DNA of 64,000 bases from Theionarchaea archaeon (GTDB taxonomy: Archaea; Methanobacteriota_B; Thermococci; Methanofastidiosales; SZ-28-30), in assembly GCA_018992685.1 (NCBI GenBank), contig JACVGT010000001.1, positions 1 through 64,000 on the forward strand, read 5' to 3'. This document shows, in pieces, positions 51,723 through 60,695 of this stretch (position 1 is its first letter; each line of letters begins with the position of its first letter). Under the pieces are notes generated by a model. The model was given only the letters and a program-made list of their open reading frames with translations, was not told the DNA's origin and made no database searches. A program made the position numbers and the translations under genes.

Positions 51723-52813
51723 AGACGAGACACAATATCGTCCAGGGTATCAGCAGAGATTTCCAGTCCTGTGCCTGCCGTAATGGCTCGAACGGCAGCT
51801 TCTTCATCAATGCCAAACTGGTCCAGTATGGGGCATACACCAAGAGTGTAGTACCATCCTTCCTTGTCTTCCAGGGGCTGAGCAGGTTGTGATCCCATGG
51901 TGGTTAATGCGTTGGGATCTTTTCCATACTTGGGATTGACACCCAGCTGGTAGCAGGTCTGAAGGGTTTCTGCAGCCTTCTTGACATCGAGACCATGTGC
52001 CATCAGATCTTTCAAATGTCTCTCAAAGATGACCACACCCTCATTCTCGCCTGTCTCTACGAAATTCCTGCAGGCATAGGGACAGTTGAAACATGCATCA
52101 AACCGCTGTGTAATGGCTTCCAACCCTTCAACAGGAGCACCTTTCTTCTGTATCTTTGACTTCAGCCCAGTCAGGACCTCTTCGGCTGCCGAGATGAACT
52201 CTTCAGGTTCTGAGATTTCTACTTCACCCATTCCTCTCATGGCCACAGCCTTGACGTTTTTCTCTCCCAGTACTGCAGCAAGCCCGTTCCTATCGTCAGT
52301 TCCCCAGTAATTATTCACCAGGAGGGCTGCTCCGGATTTCTTCTCTCCTCCTTCGCCAATGACCAGAGTTTGTATCCGGTTCTCACCTAGTTCTTCTCTC
52401 AAGTAGGCTGTCGTTTCCCAGGTGTTCTTCCCCCACAGATCAGTGGATTCAATGTCAGCAATTTCATCGTGCAGCCACAGATAGACCGGATTCTCAGCCT
52501 TGCCTTTTAGCACCACAAAGCTGAACCCCGATAGTTTCAGTTCCGGTCCTGAGAACCAGTTGAAGGCTGAATGACACACTGTTCCATTTTTCTTTGCTGT
52601 CACAACACCCAGAGCCGATCCCGGGAAGAGTGTCCCTGTCAAGACACCTGTTCCCAGTATGACAGAATCAGGATATTGGGATAATAACGCATTGTTAGCA
52701 CAGGCTCCACCAATATTTTTCTCAATAAAATCCTCTTCAATATCTACTTCTTCTACTTCGCCTGCATCCAGATCTACAACCGCAATTAAATCAGTGTACA
52801 ATTCCATGCTCAC
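51719..52813 (-). CDS. short aldehyde:ferredoxin oxidoreductase-family protein
   Basis: AFOR N-domain (IGG, ELKLSGF, GEKNVKAVA) and CFNCPYAC; only 364 aa. Confidence 0.8.
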   Translation of the reverse strand: MSMELYTDLIAVVDLDAGEVEEVDIEEDFIEKNIGGACANNALLSQYPDSVILGTGVLTGTLFPGSALGVVTAKKNGTVCHSAFNWFSGPELKLSGFSFVVLKGKAENPVYLWLHDEIADIESTDLWGKNTWETTAYLREELGENRIQTLVIGEGGEKKSGAALLVNNYWGTDDRNGLAAVLGEKNVKAVAMRGMGEVEISEPEEFISAAEEVLTGLKSKIQKKGAPVEGLEAITQRFDACFNCPYACRNFVETGENEGVVIFERHLKDLMAHGLDVKKAAETLQTCYQLGVNPKYGKDPNALTTMGSQPAQPLEDKEGWYYTLGVCPILDQFGIDEEAAVRAITAGTGLEISADTLDDIVSRL

Positions 52814-53136
52814 ACCTCTTTAAGACACCCTGTTGGGCAGAATCGAACGCACATGGCATCGGTGCAGTTGTCACAGGGTTCTCTTAGCAAAATGGGTTTT
52901 CCTCCGCCACCAGTATCACTTGATTCTCCTTCTTTCATCACTTCGACACCTTCTGGCCTTCCCAGGAGGACTTCTCCCTCCCGTTTGAGCATGACACCGT
53001 AGTAGTTCTTTCTCTCCTCTCTGTGCAGAATGATGCTGGATCGCATAGTGGTGAATACTTCTTCTTCTCTGTATAAACTGCATGCCACTTCACAGGCACC
53101 ACATGCTGTACAGATTTGGGGATCGATTTCTATCAT
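52810..53136 (-). CDS. 4Fe-4S ferredoxin-like subunit
   Basis: CTACGACEVAC and CDNC..CVRFCP; start set at MIEID. Confidence 0.85.
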   Translation of the reverse strand: MIEIDPQICTACGACEVACSLYREEEVFTTMRSSIILHREERKNYYGVMLKREGEVLLGRPEGVEVMKEGESSDTGGGGKPILLREPCDNCTDAMCVRFCPTGCLKEV

Positions 53137-53328
53137 TGTAATCACCTGACATGACAGACCTATGACATAATATAAAGGTTTTCCATCTTCTTTTGGGTAG
53201 GTTGTGATAGCAGATAGAGTCAAGAATGATCTGGAATCAACCATTGAGAAAAGAAGGGCGAAATTACGGGGTTGCTGCAGCCTCTACAATTCGAAAGATT
53301 TATATAGCCACACCCACTCCATAGGGTA

Positions 53329-53402
53329 CCCGGCGTAGTTCAATCTGGCAGAACGGCGGACTGTAGATCCGCATGTTGGTGGTTCAAATCCGCCCGCCGG
53401 GA
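53329..53402 (+). tRNA. tRNA-Tyr(GTA), intronless, CCA not encoded
   Basis: CCCGGCG/CGCCGGG acceptor (C1-G72, A73), GCGGA-CTGTAGA-TCCGC anticodon arm, GGTTCAAATCC; promoter GAAAGATTTATA at 53293-53304. Confidence 0.96.
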
Positions 53403-53476
53403 TTATTTTGGTGCATCAGCAACAGGTGAAGTGTCAATGTCTCAGATCACAGCCTTTGAGTTCCTGTCCAGGCATG

Positions 53477-54370
53477 CTATCCCATTTTCTGCGATAACCG
53501 CAAGATTTCTATCCATGTATGAACAAACTGATGAAAAGGGTAACTCAAAGGTATGTTTCCCTTAGCAGTGTAGTTCCACAGAGTTTTTCTCGTTTTGCTG
53601 TGTATACAGGTCATTGTTCTTAAGTTCGCTACAAAGATGAACCCGTCCACTAGCATCGGATCTCCTAAATAGTATCCCACGTCCCTTTTCCACCTCACGT
53701 GACGTATTCCAGCCTTCCCTTCAGGTGAGATTGCAGGTTCACTGTAGGGAAAATAAGGGGAAAAGTCCTTGTCAAGGTAATATTCCGGTGCCATGGGCGA
53801 ATAACACCCCCAGCGAGCTATCTTACCACCATCTTGTATACCATTGTTTCTCTAGTGATCATCTAATTCTATTAGAATCTTAAAAAGGGCAGAAGGTATC
53901 TTTCCGTTGAATTGTACGAATTTCTTCCCACAGAAATCAATGTCCCAGGGAATAAAACAGTGAAACCCGGAATGTGAATAAGGCATAATCTTCCCTTCTG
54001 TTGAGGTAATGGTGACTTCAATATGAGGATAATAGTCGAATCTGATGAAGTCATTATAGGATGGTTCGGGAACTTCAACTTCATAGAAATCAGTAAAATT
54101 CGCCATCAGATTATCAATGAGTTCTGGATCAATATTCTTACCCGTATCGGAGAAATATCCTGCATTTTTGCGTGTTATTGTATAGTACTTATCATCCTTC
54201 CCCGGAAAGTACACAACTCCATAATATATTTCAATCTTCTCAACAGTAGCAAGCTCTTCTCTAATTTTTGTCACAGGGAAGAATGATCCTTGTTGAATCA
54301 GAGAGAGCACCACAATAACTGCAATACATGCCCTGAGAGCATTCGTACAACAAGTAAAATACCCTGGCAT
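53477..54370 (-). pseudogene. secreted protein with the start of a PQQ-type beta-propeller, interrupted and truncated
   Basis: ORFs 53852-54370 and 53477-53794 share a frame, separated by one TAG (DDH*RNNG); WKRDVG..PMLVDG..TLWNY blade. Confidence 0.55.
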
Positions 54371-54484
54371 AAAAGGACTTTCTGAAGAACTTAAGGATAT
54401 GTGAGTCTGTGACAGATTCTGTAAACCGTATCTCCCCTTACTTCTACTACTAATCTCGCTACCTATTACATCACAATGTGGACA

Positions 54485-54496
54485 GAAAGATTTATA
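54485..54496 (+). promoter_or_regulatory. BRE/TATA promoter of the RiPP operon
   Basis: GAAAGATTTATA, identical to the tRNA-Tyr promoter core. Confidence 0.7.
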
Positions 54497-54554
54497 AGCA
54501 CGCGAAAAGAGAGGTAAGTATTTCTGAATAGGACATAGACAAAGAGGTGATAAA

Positions 54555-54665
54555 ATGATGAAAACGTGGATAGATCCGTTAGCCCAAAAGATGGAAGGAG
54601 CAGAAATTGATCCATTGGGAGTCTCAAAGTGTTCATGCGGTTGTGACCCCACGCTCATTCCATAG
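54555..54665 (+). CDS. 36-aa putative RiPP precursor (missed by the ORF track)
   Basis: MMKTWIDPLAQKMEGAEIDPLGVSKCSCGCDPTLIP; GAGGTGA RBS; WxxP leader motif; CxCxC core; first gene of the operon. Confidence 0.85.
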   Translation: MMKTWIDPLAQKMEGAEIDPLGVSKCSCGCDPTLIP

Positions 54666-54685
54666 GAATATTTCTCGCAGAACTA

Positions 54686-54706
54686 TTTCATTTTTTTTAT
54701 TTTTTT
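54686..54706 (+). terminator. oligo-T terminator/attenuator after the precursor gene
   Basis: TTTCATTTTTTTTATTTTTTTG. Confidence 0.5.
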
Positions 54707-54722
54707 GTGGGAAGGGAATACT

Positions 54723-55694
54723 ATGAATGGAAGTAACAAGAAAATAGACGTTCGGGAGATAGTCATTGCTCTGAGAAGAGCAAAGATTTTTATTGCGAGG
54801 ATAATCTATACTCACAGGAATCTCCTAGAGTATTACCCTGCACACATTTCAGCGCTATTTTGTTATGCAAGACTATTGGACATCGTAGTACCGCGCGATA
54901 TAGACGAAAGCTTCGAAAAATTCATGCTTGAGAATCTCAACCGTAACTATGAGAGAATGTCTTTCTTGGACATTTTTTGGGGAATTTCCTACTTCAGTTT
55001 AAAAGGATATGGGTCCGGGAAATTGAGTGAATTCATTGAGCAGATTTTTTCTTTTCAAAATGAGAATGGTGGAATCGGATCTCACAGAGGAGATATAGGC
55101 AGAATTCCTCACACAGGAAGATTCTTGACCGCACTTCTTTCTACAGAATATGAGAGTGAAGATCTTTTCAAGTCCCATGAACAAAAAATCTTGAAGGCAT
55201 GTGATTTTCTAATTACTGAATGGAGCAAGGACGTTTCATCAGGAAATGCCCTGTCTCACAAGGGTGCAGCGGTATTGAGTGGTCTCTCCAAGTGTTCAGA
55301 AGTGAATCTGGGAATACAGGGGTTAGACCAACAAATAGTGGATACGATAAGAGTGCTTCTGGATCTGCAGATTCAAAACGGTGCCTGGACATTTCTCACG
55401 AAACAGACTGATGACAGGATTTCACTGGAATTGTCAGCCCCTAACATAACTGCTATGGTAGTGCGCTCGCTAAGCGAGGCATACCTTAAGGAAAAAGGTA
55501 ATGAAGCGCCCAAAATGAGTGAAGAACTCTCAAGGGATGTACTCCTGGCAATTGAGAGAGGGAGCAAGTACCTTTGTGAAACTCAAAGCGAATTTGGGTT
55601 TTGGCCTGCTAGTAACAGTGGAGATCTATCCGTTTTTGCCGGGGAGAGCGCATTGGCGTTGAAACCGGCTTTGGAGGTTCTTGAAGATGGGTAG
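54723..55694 (+). CDS. prenyltransferase/squalene-cyclase-repeat (alpha/alpha barrel) protein
   Basis: QW-type repeats IFSFQNENGGIG, LLDLQIQNGAW and YLCETQSEFGFW. Confidence 0.75.
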   Translation: MNGSNKKIDVREIVIALRRAKIFIARIIYTHRNLLEYYPAHISALFCYARLLDIVVPRDIDESFEKFMLENLNRNYERMSFLDIFWGISYFSLKGYGSGKLSEFIEQIFSFQNENGGIGSHRGDIGRIPHTGRFLTALLSTEYESEDLFKSHEQKILKACDFLITEWSKDVSSGNALSHKGAAVLSGLSKCSEVNLGIQGLDQQIVDTIRVLLDLQIQNGAWTFLTKQTDDRISLELSAPNITAMVVRSLSEAYLKEKGNEAPKMSEELSRDVLLAIERGSKYLCETQSEFGFWPASNSGDLSVFAGESALALKPALEVLEDG

Positions 55695-56895
55695 TAGAGT
55701 ATCTGAATATGAAAAGGCCATATCCAGTATCGTGGAAAGGAAATATGAGGATAAGAGAGTTTTTTCTGTGCAGTGGCATATAACTGATCATTGCAACCTG
55801 GCATGCAAGCACTGCTATTCCAGCAACAATTCGATAAGGGATCTACCATTGAATGTACTCAAGGCTATCTTTGATAAGTATCTGAAAGCCATACTCAAAT
55901 GGGGTGTGGAAGGGTATCTTAGCCTGACCGGAGGAGAGGCAATTCTGCGGAGTGATTTCTTTGAACTTCTTGACTTCATACATGCAAGATGGGAAGAACA
56001 CCCAGTTTTTGTTGTGAGCTTGATGTCAAATGGGACTCTTATCGATGAAGAACGTGTCTCTCATCTGAAAGAGTACTTGCCCATGTTGTCGCATGTTCAA
56101 ATCAGTCTGGATGGTGTTAACGAAGAGACACACGACTTCTTACGAGGAGAAGGGTCCTTTTCGAGAAGCAAGAAGGGCTTTTCCTTGTTGCGTGAGGGTG
56201 GGTTCACCACTGCATTGCACTATGTGGTGCACAAAGGAAATTACAGAGATGCTTTCAACATACTGGAGCTGGGAGATGAACTCAAAGTAATCAGGGTCAC
56301 CTTATCAAGGCTGGTCCCCGAGGGCGGAGGGAAAACTTTGGAAATGCTAGCACCTTCCGAACTAAGGGATTTATGGGACTATCTGGGCAGCAGATGTTTG
56401 GATTACTACCCAAAGGGAGTCTTCTTGGCAAGGGGCAGGTGTGATCTGTGGCACCTCCCAGACATAGCTTCTGCCTTATACTCCCTGAAGTTGAACTCAC
56501 AGGGAAATGCATTTCCTGCACTATACAGGGTTGGTCAGAGATGTCCTGTAGGGCTCAATGGACTCGCCGTGGATACGGACGGGACCGTCTATCCTTGCAG
56601 AAGACTGCCCATTTCAGTAGGGAACATCGTCCAGGATACATTTTTCAAAATATGGTATAGCTCCAGACTTCTATGGAAATTCAGGCACAAGGAAGAATAC
56701 ATGAAAGGAAAGTGCCGTGATTGCCCGTTTCTCACTGATACACAGTTGAGAACCTTGTGTGCTGGAGGCAGTCCCTGCATTTCCTATGGTAATTGTGGAG
56801 ATTGCTTTGAGCCCGATCCGCAATGCTGGTTTGATCCGTACTCGGAGGAACAGAGAGAGGAGGTGGAAAAATGGAGAAAAAGGATCCTAGAATGA
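55687..56895 (+). CDS. radical SAM/SPASM peptide maturase
   Basis: CNLACKHC, TGGE, QISLDG; SPASM CPVG..DGTVYPC..GKCRDC..CAGG.PC..DPQCW. Confidence 0.92.
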   Translation: MGSRVSEYEKAISSIVERKYEDKRVFSVQWHITDHCNLACKHCYSSNNSIRDLPLNVLKAIFDKYLKAILKWGVEGYLSLTGGEAILRSDFFELLDFIHARWEEHPVFVVSLMSNGTLIDEERVSHLKEYLPMLSHVQISLDGVNEETHDFLRGEGSFSRSKKGFSLLREGGFTTALHYVVHKGNYRDAFNILELGDELKVIRVTLSRLVPEGGGKTLEMLAPSELRDLWDYLGSRCLDYYPKGVFLARGRCDLWHLPDIASALYSLKLNSQGNAFPALYRVGQRCPVGLNGLAVDTDGTVYPCRRLPISVGNIVQDTFFKIWYSSRLLWKFRHKEEYMKGKCRDCPFLTDTQLRTLCAGGSPCISYGNCGDCFEPDPQCWFDPYSEEQREEVEKWRKRILE

Positions 56896-57140
56896 GAGAG
56901 AACTTGTTCGTTATAAACGAAGAAGGAAGATACGTAGTCTTCGATCCAGAAGAGGGAGATCAGTGGAAACTGAACGAAACAGGAGCCCTGATTGTGGATT
57001 GCCTGATGCAAGGAGCCTCAATGGAAGACATAAAAAGTAAAATAATGGAAGAATATGATATAGATTCGGAAAAAGCGGAGGAATCGTTGAACAAATATAT
57101 AGAAGTGCTCAAGAAAGAGGGAATTATTCTGGAGGATTGA
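56892..57140 (+). CDS. PqqD-family RiPP recognition element
   Basis: KLNETGALI..EEYDI..YIEVLKKEGII; ATGA overlap with the rSAM stop. Confidence 0.92.
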   Translation: MRENLFVINEEGRYVVFDPEEGDQWKLNETGALIVDCLMQGASMEDIKSKIMEEYDIDSEKAEESLNKYIEVLKKEGIILED

Positions 57141-57175
57141 ATGAAGGTGTTTGAAAGGAGGGATGGTACATTAGA

Positions 57176-58810
57176 TTGGCTAGAATTGAGGTAGATTCTC
57201 CATGTAATAACCGCTGTATTCACTGTCTCACCGGAAGGAGAGAGCAGAAAGACGTCATAGGATGTGAAGAACAGATCAAGAGGGCTCACAATGAAAAAAA
57301 AGATGGGATCGTCATATTGGGGGGAGAACCAACCCTGAGAGGGGATATTCTTGATATCGTCTCCTGTGCCAGAGAGATCGGGTTCAAGAGAATAAACCTC
57401 ATAACGAATGCGAGGACCCTTTCAAACAGGGAGTTTGCCGGTAACCTGATACGCGTAGGAATTTCTGATTTTGTGGTAAAACTGTGGGGAGCCAGAAGGG
57501 AGGTTCATGACAAGATAACTGGAGCGAAAGGGAGTTTTGAACAAACAGTGAGCGGAATAAAGAATATTGTGTCCCTCAAGGGTGAAGGAGTTATTATGGG
57601 ATATTCAGGAATACTCATGGAGAATTACGTGTCGTTAGCTGAGCTGATACAGCTTTTTGCCGATCTCCGTGTAAGATGGGTACGGTTGAGGCTGCCCCCA
57701 GTGGAAGATGCACTCATCCCTCTGACCCAGGAAACCATGAAGTACATCTACAGTGCCATAGAGACTGCCAACAGACTGAATGTTGGTCTGGAGATAGAGA
57801 ACATTCCCTTCTGTTTCATGAGAGGCTATGAAGATTATGTATACATTTCCACAACGCGCAAAGACAGACTGGAAGATTGTGATTTCTTGGACTTTGTCAA
57901 GGTCGAACAACACGATGGCAAAACAAAAGTGCCCGAGTGCAACCAATGCAAGTACTCTTTTCTTTGTGGCGGAGTTTGGAACAAGTATCTGGAAAAAGAC
58001 TCTGTATGTGAAGTCAATCCAGTTGAAAACATGGGAGAATCGAGAATGCTCCAGAGAATTGATGACCTGATAGGTAAAGAAGGGCTGTTTCATCCACTGG
58101 TGGAGAGCGGAGAAGTGCCCGAAGGACTTCGAGCAGATGCTATTGTCCACTTCAGCGGCGGCATTGATTCTACAGTAGCAGCAGGAATATATGCCAGCAG
58201 AAACAAGGAGAGAAAAGTGGTGCTCGTTACATATTGTCATCAAGGTCTGCTGAATGTAAATAGCTCGAGAGTCAACGGCTCATATCTCATGGAGAAATAC
58301 CCCAATATAGTGGCACACCTCCACATCTCTCTCCTGCAGGAGCTGTATGTTCCCCTTTGCTTTGGCAGGGATTACAAAGAACACGCCATGAGGCTGTCGG
58401 GAAATTACGGATGCATAGCCTGCAAGCTCCTGATGTATGCTTACTCTGTATTTCTGCAAACTGCTTACTTCAAGGGAGACACCATTATTTCCGGAAATAA
58501 CCTAACCATAATTCCAGACAGAGGGGGTCACCCGATACCACAGATGCCGGAGGTAGTGACCCTCATCAAGGACTTTGTAGGTGAGTATGGCATGGCATGT
58601 GTCAATCCTGTCTACGCTGTGTCGAGCAAGCAAAGGATTGTACTCTTGGCAGAAACGATGGGCCTTCCGGCCACCAGCATGTTTCAATCCAAGTGCATCC
58701 TGGGGGTTCCAATTCTCTGTAAGGATATGGAACCCGTGGTTCAATTCTTAAGAGAGAGAATTCTGCCGATTCTTCGAAATGTATTGACAGCCAACATGAA
58801 GAGGCTGTAG
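57176..58810 (+). CDS. radical SAM domain fused to a PP-loop (QueC-like adenine nucleotide alpha hydrolase) domain
   Basis: CNNRCIHC, GGEPTL, NIPFC and CNQCKYSFLCGG; then FSGGIDS, CIACK, NPVY and QSKC; start uncertain. Confidence 0.85.
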   Translation: MARIEVDSPCNNRCIHCLTGRREQKDVIGCEEQIKRAHNEKKDGIVILGGEPTLRGDILDIVSCAREIGFKRINLITNARTLSNREFAGNLIRVGISDFVVKLWGARREVHDKITGAKGSFEQTVSGIKNIVSLKGEGVIMGYSGILMENYVSLAELIQLFADLRVRWVRLRLPPVEDALIPLTQETMKYIYSAIETANRLNVGLEIENIPFCFMRGYEDYVYISTTRKDRLEDCDFLDFVKVEQHDGKTKVPECNQCKYSFLCGGVWNKYLEKDSVCEVNPVENMGESRMLQRIDDLIGKEGLFHPLVESGEVPEGLRADAIVHFSGGIDSTVAAGIYASRNKERKVVLVTYCHQGLLNVNSSRVNGSYLMEKYPNIVAHLHISLLQELYVPLCFGRDYKEHAMRLSGNYGCIACKLLMYAYSVFLQTAYFKGDTIISGNNLTIIPDRGGHPIPQMPEVVTLIKDFVGEYGMACVNPVYAVSSKQRIVLLAETMGLPATSMFQSKCILGVPILCKDMEPVVQFLRERILPILRNVLTANMKRL

Positions 58811-58868
58811 AACCAGTCATAGTGGGAGAAGAGGCTGTTGCTGATAGTGGTAGTTCCTCAGGAGCGAG

Positions 58869-60695
58869 TCAGATTCTCTGATCCTGAGGAGCAAGTTCCC
58901 TTCTCCATGCTTCTACTATTGAAATAATAGTGTGCATATCCTTGTCATAGTACACCAGTCCGGCTTCTCTTAGGGTGTTGAGTGTTTCAAGAAGATCTTC
59001 TTCTTTCTTGTGCTTGAATTTCTGTTTTACTTGGCGCAAGGTCTTAATTGAATCGCAAAAAACCAGAAGGTCTGTCTCGTCGCGGTCCAGCACATATGTA
59101 CAGGTGCTCGATCCCTTTTCCTCAATGAAAGAACCATCCTCATACTCAATCCAGATATAAGAGCAATTCTCTTGTACATAAGATTTCATCATCATTTCAA
59201 AGTCATCCCACAGGGCATGATGAGGTCTTTCCCTGTGAAAACCGGAGAACTCAAATCTATCAGAGACTGGCACGAGACCAGTGGGATGGATTTCAGCCCA
59301 GAATTGGTCGAAATTCCAATCTTTTCTCTCTTCTTCTGACATCTCATCATAAAATACAGATCCTTTGTATAGGACAAAAGGAATCAGATTGAGAGCATGA
59401 GTCCTGAGGAGAAATCGCAAGAACCTGAGATTGACGCAGCTTTCCAAGATATCCTCTTCCGTCTCTGTGGGAATTCCCTGCAATATGTTGAGATAGTCAA
59501 TTCTCAAATTATACTGACTGCCAAGTTTCAATGCCTGGATATTGTGAGCAAACCTGTGGCGTTTCTCCATTTTTCTTAGGAGTGAATCCGTGAGCGCCTC
59601 AAACCCAATCTGTAATGAGGTGAATGATGCAAAGCGAATGTACCTCCCTGTCTCGGAATCCAAGAAGATGGGAGATATTTCGCCGAAAAAATGGTACGGC
59701 TCTCTTCGACTTGCCGAAAGCTTTGATAAGGCTTTCAATAGGATTCTGAACCTTTTCTTATTCCCGGGAAATTCGTTATCCACAAAGATGAATGAATCAA
59801 TGTGGTGTCTATTTGATTGAAACCGTATTTCCTCAATGACATTCTCAGGCGATCGCGCATGATATGAATACTCTTCATTCAGGACACAGAATTTGCATTT
59901 GTTCCACGGACAAGACCTGCTTCCCCAGATAGGGATGAGAATTCGCATTTCGCGGGGTAAATATGTCCTCAGTGTACTAAAGTAGTCAGAATGATCTGCG
60001 AAAGGATACAAATCCAAATCAAGAAATTCACTGTTTTTCTGCGTAGAATGGGCAGTTGTGTCCTTCCGGTAGATGAGTTGTGGCACATCTCTGATGTCCG
60101 TGTTTTCTTCCAACGCCCTGGTCAGATAAAGGAGTGGAAATTCGCCTTCCCCCCAGATGGCAAAATCAGCCAGAGGGAAGAGGTTCATGAAAGAGTATCC
60201 CTGTGACTCGCTGCGGATTCCTCCAACAAGTATCTTGATCTCAGGATTCATTTCTTTCAGCCGGTGAATCAAATAGTAACTCATCATCCACTGTCGGGTC
60301 TTCAGGGTGAATCCAGCAAGAGTCGCCTTGTGGAGATTATTATCTCCAATATATTGGTCAATCTTGTCTTCAATTGAGGTTACGAGCTCTTCGATTTTCC
60401 CTTTGGGAAAAAAAGATGAGAAAAATACATCAAGTGGCGTTTTGTTGAAATTCCAATTATCTTTTATCAGCAAATGCTTGCATATGAGTACGGTGAAAAC
60501 ATAGAAAGGAGGTAATTTCGAGAGCATTGGAAGATCTTTCATTATTCTTCCATATTTCATTATTTCTTGGAACAAGATTAGGTTCCAGTACACATTCTGC
60601 ACGTTGATTCCTTTTGCTTCAAGAAATCCTTTTAGGTATCCTAGTGCGGGATTCGAAATGTCCCATCTATATGGAGGCATGCAATTCAAAATCAC
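58869..60695 (-). CDS. B12-dependent radical SAM enzyme, RiPP C-methyltransferase-like
   Basis: MPP..NPALGYLKG..VYWNL, GEGE, SRSCPWNKCKFC, QIGFE and a C-terminal wHTH. Confidence 0.85.
   Translation of the reverse strand: MILNCMPPYRWDISNPALGYLKGFLEAKGINVQNVYWNLILFQEIMKYGRIMKDLPMLSKLPPFYVFTVLICKHLLIKDNWNFNKTPLDVFFSSFFPKGKIEELVTSIEDKIDQYIGDNNLHKATLAGFTLKTRQWMMSYYLIHRLKEMNPEIKILVGGIRSESQGYSFMNLFPLADFAIWGEGEFPLLYLTRALEENTDIRDVPQLIYRKDTTAHSTQKNSEFLDLDLYPFADHSDYFSTLRTYLPREMRILIPIWGSRSCPWNKCKFCVLNEEYSYHARSPENVIEEIRFQSNRHHIDSFIFVDNEFPGNKKRFRILLKALSKLSASRREPYHFFGEISPIFLDSETGRYIRFASFTSLQIGFEALTDSLLRKMEKRHRFAHNIQALKLGSQYNLRIDYLNILQGIPTETEEDILESCVNLRFLRFLLRTHALNLIPFVLYKGSVFYDEMSEEERKDWNFDQFWAEIHPTGLVPVSDRFEFSGFHRERPHHALWDDFEMMMKSYVQENCSYIWIEYEDGSFIEEKGSSTCTYVLDRDETDLLVFCDSIKTLRQVKQKFKHKKEEDLLETLNTLREAGLVYYDKDMHTIISIVEAWRRELAPQDQRI

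Noticed and set aside
53852-53854. Pyrrolysine readthrough of the in-frame TAG
   Set aside because: No pyl genes in view, TAG is used as a normal stop elsewhere in the window, and the gene is truncated anyway.
54371-54658. N-terminal extension of the minus-strand ORF 53852-54658
   Set aside because: It overlaps the RiPP promoter and precursor on the other strand; the signal-peptide-bearing start is at ~54370.
54555-58810. Lasso peptide cluster
   Set aside because: No B2 transglutaminase-like protease or full asparagine-synthetase-type cyclase; Asp falls at position 10 of the presumed core.
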